This document shows positions 57,301-64,000 of a DNA stretch of 64,000 nucleotides, one piece after another (positions within the stretch are counted from its first letter, which is position 1; every line of letters starts with the position of its first letter). This DNA comes from Acidimicrobiia bacterium (GTDB lineage Bacteria > Actinomycetota > Acidimicrobiia > Spongiisociales > JAHEDJ01): contig JARGFH010000012.1 of the NCBI GenBank assembly GCA_029210695.1, forward strand, positions 1 through 64,000. The letters are read 5' to 3'. The translations under genes and the position numbers were made by a program. Below the pieces are notes generated by a model, which saw nothing but the letters and a program-made list of their open reading frames with translations, did no database searches and was not told the origin of the DNA.

Positions 57301-58769
57301 GGGTCCAACCTCCGGTTGGAGTTCCGCATGTGTTCCTGGATCCGGTTGAAGACCCGCTCGGCGACGTGGTTGCCCGCTATGCCAGGACCCACGGGCCGTT
57401 CTCGACAGAAGCGGCGTCAACCGCGCTCGGCCTGCCAACCGCGGTTGTCGCCACCGCCCTGGCGAAGCTCGAGGAATCCGGACGGGCGGCCAGGGGCGCC
57501 TTCCGGGCGGAAGGCTCTGAGCGGGAATGGGTTGACACCGAAGTGCTTCGGAGGATCAAGCGACGCTCGCTGGCAGCCCTTCGCTCGGAGATCGAACCGG
57601 TGGATCCTGCGGCCATGGCCGCATTCGCCCTCACCTGGCACGGCGTTGGAGGCGACCGAAGGTCAACCGACCGCCTGGTCGAGACCGTCCACCAGCTGCA
57701 GGGGTTTCCACTACCTGCCTCCGTGCTCGAAACCGACATCCTTCCGGCACGTATGCGATACCAGCCGGCGATGCTCGATCAACTCATGCTGGCCGGGAAC
57801 ATCGTGTGGGTGGGACACGGTTCGCTCGGACCGCGAGATGGGAAATTGTCGCTCTACTTCCGTGATCAGCTCTCCAAGCTGGCCCTCCCCCGAACGGTCG
57901 ATTTCGAGACCACCGCGATGCACGACACCATCCTCGACTTGCTGCTCCGCCGAGGTGCTTCGTTCTTCCCGGCGATCTATGAGTCGGCCGGTGGCGGCGA
58001 CCCTGCACTGGTCGGCGAGGCGTTGTGGGATCTCGTCTGGCGCGGACTGGTCACGAACGACACCCTCGCTCCGGTCCGGTCTCTTGCGGCCCGCAAGCGC
58101 ACCGCCGCCCGGCGCGGAACACGGTCCCCGACCTTTGCGCCCTCCACCACCGGACGCTGGTGGTTGGTCTCCGAGGCGGTGGACGACAATATCCCGGACA
58201 CGCTCAAGAGCGCAGCCTGGACTGAGGTACTGCTCGAAAGGCACGGCGTAGTAACCAGGGATGGCACCTCGGCCGAGGCGGTCGCCGGCGGATTCACCCG
58301 CTTCTATCCGATCCTTCGTCAGATGGAAGACATCGGAAAGATCCGGCGCGGCTACTTCGTAGAGGGAATGGGTGGAGCACAGTTTGCCCTGCCGGGAGCA
58401 GTCGATCGCCTTCGAGCGGCAAACGACGCCACCCGGGCCCTAGCCGCCACAGATCCGGCCAACCTCTATGGAGCGGCCATCCCCTGGCCCGACCATCCGC
58501 TTGCCCGTCCCGCACGATCGGCGGTCTCATGGGTCGTCATCGCATCCGGGGCACTCGTGGCGTATGTGGATCGCCGGCGCCTCTTTACCTACGGCACCGT
58601 CGATGCCCCAACCGCACGGGCCATCGAGCAGATCGGGAGGCGGCGAGGACGAATGACCATCAACGAGATCGACGGCGAGGCATCGGCGCTCACCCCACTC
58701 GGAACCCTCCTCCAGGATTACGGGTTCGCAATGACCCCGCGTGGCCTGGCCTATCGGGGAAACAAGTAG
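54396..58769 (+). CDS. lhr: Long helicase-related protein Lhr
   Basis: APTGSGKT, DEVH, GLSAT, HHGS, QRVGRAGH; long CTD with ATDPANLYG. Confidence 0.95.
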   Translation: MLDLFSPATRAWFEASFAAPTDAQRDGWPAIADGRHTLIHAPTGSGKTLAAFLWTLDRILHEPIPPAKERCRVLYISPLKALAYDIDRNLRAPLIGIQHAARRLGLDPLPDITTFIRTGDTPADERRRMERHPPDVLITTPESLYLLLTSQARAALRSVRWVIVDEVHAVAGTKRGTHLALSLERLEEITAISPQRIGLSATQRPLEVIGSFLGGGTVDGGTWTPRPVHLIDVPGDKALELELVVPVEDMTAVTVTPPTPLGVYDGPAQLPPARTSVWTAIYPTLLEHIRSHQSTIVFANSRRLAERICDELNRLAGEEVARAHHGSVSREQRVQIEEMLKKGELPAVVATSSLELGIDMGAVDLVLQIESPTSVASGLQRVGRAGHQVGAASRAKIFPKYRGDLLVATVVVDRMLERAVESTRIPRSPLDVLAQHIVAMAAKDEWGVDELFSLVRRAAPYAELGRGPFEAVLDMLSGRYPSELFSDLRPRIDWDRVANTIVGRPGALQLAVQNPGTIPDRGLYTVHLPDGARVGELDEEMVYESRVGDVFILGASTWRINEITADRVEVVPAPGESGATMPFWHGDMLGRTIETGRALGEFTRVVGALDRPEAERTLADRYHLDELAASNLAGYLQEELEATGHLPSDETIVVERFRDEIGDWRLVLLSPFGARVHAPWAMALTGRFRQTLGRQVDVIWGDDGIALRFPDQDDIPTAADLLIDPDEIEAELVDHLADSAMFAARFREAAARSLLLPRRRPGKRTPLWLQRRRAGNLLGVVRQFGSFPIVLETYREILQDDFDVPALIELLGELRSRAIRVVEVELDSPSPFASSLLFEFVASFLYEGDTPLAERRAAALTLDRQLLGELLGEGELRQLLSRDVIATIELELQRLAPGYQATGASGAHDLLRQLGPLTADELTARLTDDDPVPLLADLQSRNQVIPIQHGGIGRWAAIEDAGRLRDAIGVQPPVGVPHVFLDPVEDPLGDVVARYARTHGPFSTEAASTALGLPTAVVATALAKLEESGRAARGAFRAEGSEREWVDTEVLRRIKRRSLAALRSEIEPVDPAAMAAFALTWHGVGGDRRSTDRLVETVHQLQGFPLPASVLETDILPARMRYQPAMLDQLMLAGNIVWVGHGSLGPRDGKLSLYFRDQLSKLALPRTVDFETTAMHDTILDLLLRRGASFFPAIYESAGGGDPALVGEALWDLVWRGLVTNDTLAPVRSLAARKRTAARRGTRSPTFAPSTTGRWWLVSEAVDDNIPDTLKSAAWTEVLLERHGVVTRDGTSAEAVAGGFTRFYPILRQMEDIGKIRRGYFVEGMGGAQFALPGAVDRLRAANDATRALAATDPANLYGAAIPWPDHPLARPARSAVSWVVIASGALVAYVDRRRLFTYGTVDAPTARAIEQIGRRRGRMTINEIDGEASALTPLGTLLQDYGFAMTPRGLAYRGNK

Positions 58770-58771
58770 TA

Positions 58772-59068
58772 CTACGTCTGATCGCCCAGGGCACGAAGCT
58801 GATCGAACGTGAAGATACCGGTATGGTGCCCGTCCGGACTGAACGTGAAGTTGATGCCGTAGCTTCCGACCAATCGCGCTTCGGCGATCGTGGTCGCCAT
58901 GACCAGCCTGATCCTTCCCTGCTCAGACTGAGTTGCGCAGTCCGCACAGGTACAGGCGTCTCTGAGTTGACGAGCCGTGAGTGTCTGATTCGCTCCGCCG
59001 GGCCAATCAACGACGACACGGGCGCCATCCTCGATCTCGATTCGTTCCGGCGTCTCCACGGCCGACAA
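58772..59068 (-). CDS. DUF971/GBBH-like N-terminal domain protein
   Basis: LRDACTCADC, VGSYG, DGHHTGIF; start may be GTG 59059. Confidence 0.85.
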   Translation of the reverse strand: MSAVETPERIEIEDGARVVVDWPGGANQTLTARQLRDACTCADCATQSEQGRIRLVMATTIAEARLVGSYGINFTFSPDGHHTGIFTFDQLRALGDQT

Positions 59069-59086
59069 CGCTAGTACCGTGCCGGC

Positions 59087-60286
59087 ATGACCTCACACAC
59101 CATCACGGTCCGGGCAGGACATCCGGACTTCCTCGATCTCGAGTGGGATCGTTCGATCGTTGAATGGTCGACCGATCGTATCGTTGACCTCCCGAAGGGC
59201 ATCTCCCGGCACGAGGTGCGATTCGTCGTCTACGCGGAAGGGACGTACGTCGTCAAAGAACTCCCGCGCCGGGCGGCCCGGCGCGACTACACGGTGCTGC
59301 GTGAACTGGAGGGCACCGGCGTCAAGGCGGTTCTTCCTGTCGGGCTGGTCGAGGATCGGTCGGATGATCCAAACGATGAGCGCTCGGCCGCCCTCATCAC
59401 CCGCTACGCCGATTTCTCTTTCTCCTATCGCGAACTCCTCGAAGGACCGGGGTTTGGTCCCCGCCGCAAGCAGATGCTCGACGCCTTCGCCTGGCTGCTG
59501 GTCGAGTTGCACCTCATCGGGTGTTTCTGGGGCGACTGCTCTCTTTCGAACGTCCTCTATCGATACGACGCCGATGCCATCGAGACCATCATGGTCGACG
59601 CGGAGACGGCCGAACTCCACGATGAACTGAGCGAAGGCCGTCGCCTCGAGGACCTGCAAATCATGATCGAGAACGTCGCAGGCGGTATGGCCGACATCGC
59701 AGCACTCCAGGGTTTCGACATCGACGAGGCCGACTACGAACTCGGCGAGGATGTGGCAGCTCGCTATCTGGCCTTGTGGACTGAAGTCAATCAGGAACTC
59801 GTGATTCCGCGTGATGAGCGCTTCCGCATTCGCGAACGAATCGAACGTCTCAATGATCTCGGCGTTACGGTCGACGAGGTAGAGCTCATCCCGGTCGGGG
59901 AAGAGCAGCATATGAAGGTGCACATCAAGATCGGAGTTCGGGATTTCCATGCCAGGGAGCTGGAAGAACTGACCGGGGTGCGGGCGCTCGAACAGCAAGC
60001 GCGCTACATCCTCGGTGATCTCCACTATTTCCAAGCGCTGCAGGCACCGGACACGGACCGGGTGATCAACGCCATGAAGTGGCGCGTGCAGGAATTCCGG
60101 CCGATGATGAAGCGCCTGCGCGGGGCGACCAAGACCGCCGACCCCATCCAGGCGTACTGCGACATTTTGCACCACCGGTACATCTTGTCCAGCCTGGCCG
60201 GCCAGGATGTCGGAACGCAAGCCGCCGTCGACGATTGGTTCGCGGCAGGCGAACCGGGCTATCCGCTCGACACTTCACCGACCTAG
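59087..60286 (+). CDS. DUF4032/LPS-kinase-like protein
   Basis: GISRHEVRF, LHL.G.FWGDCSLSN, VDAET. Confidence 0.82.
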   Translation: MTSHTITVRAGHPDFLDLEWDRSIVEWSTDRIVDLPKGISRHEVRFVVYAEGTYVVKELPRRAARRDYTVLRELEGTGVKAVLPVGLVEDRSDDPNDERSAALITRYADFSFSYRELLEGPGFGPRRKQMLDAFAWLLVELHLIGCFWGDCSLSNVLYRYDADAIETIMVDAETAELHDELSEGRRLEDLQIMIENVAGGMADIAALQGFDIDEADYELGEDVAARYLALWTEVNQELVIPRDERFRIRERIERLNDLGVTVDEVELIPVGEEQHMKVHIKIGVRDFHARELEELTGVRALEQQARYILGDLHYFQALQAPDTDRVINAMKWRVQEFRPMMKRLRGATKTADPIQAYCDILHHRYILSSLAGQDVGTQAAVDDWFAAGEPGYPLDTSPT

Positions 60287-60297
60287 CGGGTCGACAA

Positions 60298-61074
60298 TCA
60301 GGTCAGGCTGCCTCCGGCCCCGATGACGCCACCATCAACCGGCAAGTTGACCCCGGTAATCCAGGAGGCGGCCTCCGAGGCGAGGAATAACACCGCGTTG
60401 GCCACATCTTCCGGCTCTCCCAACCTGCCGAGTGGATGGGTCGCGGCCGCCGCTTCTTCTCCGCCGACCCACAGAGCGGCCGACAAGCGGGTCTTGACGA
60501 CGGCTGGAGACACCGCGTTCACCCGCACGTTGGGCGCCATTTCAAAGGCTAGTTGTTGCGTCGTGAAGATCAGTGCTGCCTTCGAAATGTTGTAGGCACC
60601 GAGAACCGCAGTCGGGCGCATGCCGCCCACCGAGGCAACGTTGATGATCGACCCGCCGTGCTCGTGCATCCACTGATTGAAGGCAGCCCGGGCCCACAGG
60701 ATGGGACCCAGCTGGTTGACCGACCAGGTCTTTTCGAGAGCTCCGAGCTCGACGTCTACCAGATTGCCGGCCGCCGGATTGGTACCGGCGTTGTTGACGA
60801 GGATGTCGCAGGCCCCGAACGTCTCGATGGCTCCTTTCACCGTCGATTCGGCATGCTCTGCATCGTCAGCGCGGGCGACCATCGTGACCAGCCGGTCGCC
60901 GAGGCCCGTTGCCGCGCTGATGCTCGTCCGAGCCTCCGCCAGGTTCTCTTCCCGGCGCCCTGTGATGATGACGCCGCGCGCCCCGCTGTTGAGGAATTCG
61001 GTCGCAATCGATTCGCCTATCCCCCGGCTGGCTCCGGTGACCACCGCTACCTTGTCGTCAATTCGTACATCCAT
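60298..61074 (-). CDS. SDR oxidoreductase
   Basis: TGASRGIG, NNAG, YNISK, VDGG. Confidence 0.95.
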   Translation of the reverse strand: MDVRIDDKVAVVTGASRGIGESIATEFLNSGARGVIITGRREENLAEARTSISAATGLGDRLVTMVARADDAEHAESTVKGAIETFGACDILVNNAGTNPAAGNLVDVELGALEKTWSVNQLGPILWARAAFNQWMHEHGGSIINVASVGGMRPTAVLGAYNISKAALIFTTQQLAFEMAPNVRVNAVSPAVVKTRLSAALWVGGEEAAAATHPLGRLGEPEDVANAVLFLASEAASWITGVNLPVDGGVIGAGGSLT

Positions 61075-61103
61075 GTGTTCCTCCTCGGTCGTTCGTTCAG
61101 AGT

Positions 61104-61610
61104 TCAGTGGCCACCGCGCCGCACGCCTCCATATTTCATCCGGGTATCTCTGACGGAGGCGACGACCGCGTCGGGATCCGGTTGGCCTGCGTCGACGATC
61201 TCACCAATGAAGAACGTATGGGTTCCACAATCGACCTCTTTCCACAGTTGGAGGTCCATCCACGCAACGGCTTCTTCGAAGATCGGGGAGCCGGTCACAC
61301 CTGCCCGAATCGCCCGGCCGTTGAGCGTCATGCCCTCTTTGACTGCCGGTTTCGAGAACTTGACGAACGTCCGGGTGTCCTCGGCCGACCAGAGGTTGAT
61401 CGAAAAGCACCGACCGTCGGTGATCAAGCGATGGGTCACGGCCTTCTTGTCGACTCCGATGCCGACCAGAACCGGCTCCATAGCCACCTGCGTTATCCAA
61501 CTCGTGGTCATTGCGTTCCACTCGTCGCCGGCGTGCGAGCCGACGAGGGCCAACGCAGTGGGAATGCTCCATGTCACCTTGTTGACGAGTTCCGCCTGTA
61601 GGTCCGCCAT
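61104..61610 (-). CDS. Flavin reductase family protein
   Basis: NAMTTSWITQV, FSIN, GTHTFFIGE. Confidence 0.9.
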   Translation of the reverse strand: MADLQAELVNKVTWSIPTALALVGSHAGDEWNAMTTSWITQVAMEPVLVGIGVDKKAVTHRLITDGRCFSINLWSAEDTRTFVKFSKPAVKEGMTLNGRAIRAGVTGSPIFEEAVAWMDLQLWKEVDCGTHTFFIGEIVDAGQPDPDAVVASVRDTRMKYGGVRRGGH

Positions 61611-61674
61611 AGGTCCTCCTGCCATTTCGTGGTATGCCATCGCCTGGCGTAGCCAGGTCGCCTAATCTTCCCTG

Positions 61675-62208
61675 GTGCATATTCTGATCGCCACCGCCGG
61701 TGCTCTTCCCGCCGCCCGTGTCGCGGCTCTGGTCGCCACCCTGGCCCACGACGAACAGCACGTCTCGGTCATGACGGTCATCGAGGTCCCACTGTCGTTC
61801 CTGGACGATCTCGAAACCGGCGAGTGGCGCCCGTTCGACGATGGTACCGAAGGTGCCGCCGAGGTCCACACCCAACTCGTCAAACGGTACGTCGAGGAAC
61901 GCGGGGTCCGCCTGGTCGAACCGGTGGTGGCGGCTTTGCGCACACACGGTATTTCGGCAGACACCATTCTCGAAGAGGGCAGCGACGCCGGTGAAGTGAT
62001 TGTGCGTGTGGCCGGCGAACGGTCCGCGGACATGATCGTAATGGGAGCAACCAGACCCATCTTCGATGAGAACGTATGGAGCAGCGTCTCCGTCAAAGTC
62101 ATGCAGCGGTCTCCCATCCCGCTGGTGTTGGTTCCGGGCGTTTCGCGAACCTTCGATGACGTTGAACGCGACGAACGGCGCCGTGTGATCGACGAACAGA
62201 CCGGCTGA
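61675..62208 (+). CDS. Universal stress protein
   Basis: ILIAT, ADMIVMG, SVS..VM...P.P.VLVP. Confidence 0.85.
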   Translation: MHILIATAGALPAARVAALVATLAHDEQHVSVMTVIEVPLSFLDDLETGEWRPFDDGTEGAAEVHTQLVKRYVEERGVRLVEPVVAALRTHGISADTILEEGSDAGEVIVRVAGERSADMIVMGATRPIFDENVWSSVSVKVMQRSPIPLVLVPGVSRTFDDVERDERRRVIDEQTG

Positions 62209-62211
62209 GCG

Positions 62212-62646
62212 TCACGGAATAGCGAGTTCGATCGTCGCTCCGCAGTAACCCTCGACCGAATCCCGGGCACCTACGACCACGATCGTGACGCCGTCCGGTA
62301 TCGGGACTCCACTCAACGAGCGTGTGAACGGCTGCTCAGTTTCGTGCGGGTGCTCCAGGATGCGGGTTCCGAGCGCCGTTCCCTCGGGGGTCCAAACCGT
62401 CCACTCATCGGCGTATTTCTCCCACCCTTCATCCGGCGAGGCTACGGTCACAGAAAAGGTGTAGGTGCCGTCCCCGGCTTGAACGGCCTCGACGGCCACG
62501 ACATTCGCACAGCGGTCCGCCCCCTGCATTTCCGTCGTCGAGGTCGGAATCGTCTGATTCGCGCCGGGCGACCCGGTGGTCGCCGGTTCGGCGTCTGTTG
62601 TGCCACAGGCAGCCAACGCCAGGGCGAGCAAGAGCACTATTCGCAT
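62212..62646 (-). CDS. Lipoprotein with beta-rich domain (HPH..EQPFTRS)
   Basis: LAAC lipobox; TATGCT 6 nt before ATG. Confidence 0.8.
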   Translation of the reverse strand: MRIVLLLALALAACGTTDAEPATTGSPGANQTIPTSTTEMQGADRCANVVAVEAVQAGDGTYTFSVTVASPDEGWEKYADEWTVWTPEGTALGTRILEHPHETEQPFTRSLSGVPIPDGVTIVVVGARDSVEGYCGATIELAIP

Positions 62647-62748
62647 TCTCCGAGCATACGTTCACCCGGCGGCTACACCGGCGGGGACAGGCCCAACGAT
62701 TGAACCGACTGCGAAATTCTCACTCCACGACTTGCTCCAAGGACATTG

Positions 62749-62770
62749 TGTCACACCCCCCTGTCAGAGT
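62749..62770 (+). promoter_or_regulatory. RecA-NDp/PafBC-like promoter
   Basis: TGTCAC-N10-CAGAGT, shares TGTCACACC with the recA promoter; 6 nt before ATG. Confidence 0.55.
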
Positions 62771-62776
62771 GATGGT

Positions 62777-63166
62777 ATGACAGCAGCTTGCCGCCACAAC
62801 GTCACATGGGAAGGATCGACCGGAGTAGTTGCGTGCGCCTCATGCGGAGCCGTCGAATGGTGGTCCGATGGACGGCCGCTGGATGCCGCCGAAGGCATGG
62901 CCCGGCTGTTCGGGCGATTCGAGCTTGTGAGCACTATGCCATCGCTGCATGCTCCCGCTCCCGATATACTCGCCTATCGCCCACCATCGCGCCGGGCGCG
63001 GGCGCGCCTCGGAGCATTCCCGATCCACCAGTGGCTGCTCGTTTCCGACGGGCTGTGGTTGACCCACGACGGCACGCTACTGCTGCTGTGCCCGACCGAT
63101 CCCGTACTCGCTTCCAATATGTGGTCGGGCGTCGAGACGAGCCCTCAGGAGGTGGGAACGAGATAG
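62777..63166 (+). CDS. Hypothetical Zn-ribbon protein (129 aa)
   Basis: CxH...CxxC; promoter-like motif immediately upstream. Confidence 0.65.
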   Translation: MTAACRHNVTWEGSTGVVACASCGAVEWWSDGRPLDAAEGMARLFGRFELVSTMPSLHAPAPDILAYRPPSRRARARLGAFPIHQWLLVSDGLWLTHDGTLLLLCPTDPVLASNMWSGVETSPQEVGTR

Positions 63167-64000
63167 CCACCGAAGGGCTCCACTACTCGATCAACGAGCC
63201 TGCCTTCGCCGGCCACCAGTACGTACTCGAGATTTCGAAGGTGAGAAACCTCCCCAACCCGTTGACCCTGTGGATCGTGAATACCGATCTGCGCACCGAC
63301 ATAGCGCTTCGAGTCGAAAGCGAGGGCGAGTACCCGGCCCCGCCCCTGCAGCAACTCAACCAGCGCATCGAAGTCGATCCAGGACTCGTTGTTGTAGGAG
63401 AGGACGAGGAGGGTGGCATCGATCTTCGCGATCACGGCCCCGAGGGCAGCGGGCATCTCGCGCTTCTTGTTGAACACGCTCTTGGTCGCATCCTCACGGC
63501 TGTCTAATCGCTTGCAGGCGACGCCGTAATGCTCGGGGTGATCCCAGGCGACGAGCGTCTCCCAGATGTGATAATTCGTGAAGTAGCGGTGCTGGTTATA
63601 GGGAGGATCGAGGTAGGCGAGATCAAACGAACCGAGCTGTCCGGCCAGCTCAACTGCATCGCCTCTCACGACCTGCCCACCGCCGGCCAAAAGATCGGGA
63701 ACCCGCAGTTCGAGCGGTTTGAACGAACGCGGCGCCCACTTCTTCACATACGCCATCTGAACGCCGGTCGTTGAGTCGACCCGGTCTGCCGCCAGGATGA
63801 GCGACGTCAACAGCACCGGATACATCCACGAATCGCGATAGTCCGACTCAATCACCTCCCGGATCGCATCGACTCGCTCAGCGTTGTGCGGTTGGAAGAA
63901 ACGGGATTGGTGGCTGAACGTGTCCGTGAAATACCCCGCCGAGCCTTCCAGGCCGTTCAGCCGGTCGAGGGCGTCCACCACCTCGTCAGTGTCGGCGGTG
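63145..64000 (-). CDS. DNA adenine methyltransferase (partial; 5' end outside the window)
   Basis: DLAYLDPPY motif IV, LSYN; frame open to the window edge. Confidence 0.88.
   Translation of the reverse strand, partial: TADTDEVVDALDRLNGLEGSAGYFTDTFSHQSRFFQPHNAERVDAIREVIESDYRDSWMYPVLLTSLILAADRVDSTTGVQMAYVKKWAPRSFKPLELRVPDLLAGGGQVVRGDAVELAGQLGSFDLAYLDPPYNQHRYFTNYHIWETLVAWDHPEHYGVACKRLDSREDATKSVFNKKREMPAALGAVIAKIDATLLVLSYNNESWIDFDALVELLQGRGRVLALAFDSKRYVGAQIGIHDPQGQRVGEVSHLRNLEYVLVAGEGRLVDRVVEPFGGYLVPTS

Noticed and set aside
52822..64000. Nuclease plus adenine methylase as a restriction-modification system
   Set aside because: About 10 kb apart with unrelated genes between; the methylase's upstream context is outside the window

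Overview
A high-GC (~64%) actinobacterial chromosomal window, probably Acidimicrobiia; the taxon is inferred from gene content, GAAC-N4-GTTC SOS boxes and the Gly-Cys-Val tRNA operon. The housekeeping backbone comprises tRNAs, dut, nrdR, LysM/lexA, dapF-miaA-miaB-rny-recA-thpR-cinA, the glyoxylate shunt with a RamB-like regulator, a 2-oxoacid dehydrogenase operon, ftsK, rnj, dapA/dapB and lhr. Accessory genes are interspersed. No CRISPR, integrase or transposase was seen. Best leads: (1) a standalone HExxH+VWA / MoxR AAA+ pair whose ATPase has reciprocally swapped Walker A/B residues (GKD ... hhhhSE); (2) a ferredoxin-ApbE-ferric-reductase operon with no recognisable FMN-binding substrate but a tethered peptide ending STSQGS; (3) a highly structured, switch-like 5' leader of rny; (4) four RecA-NDp/PafBC-like promoters, one before an unknown Zn-ribbon gene; (5) a family of ~50-bp palindromic intergenic elements. 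Two genes carry single-base homopolymer frameshifts that may be sequencing errors. All assignments come from motif recognition by eye; no searches were run.
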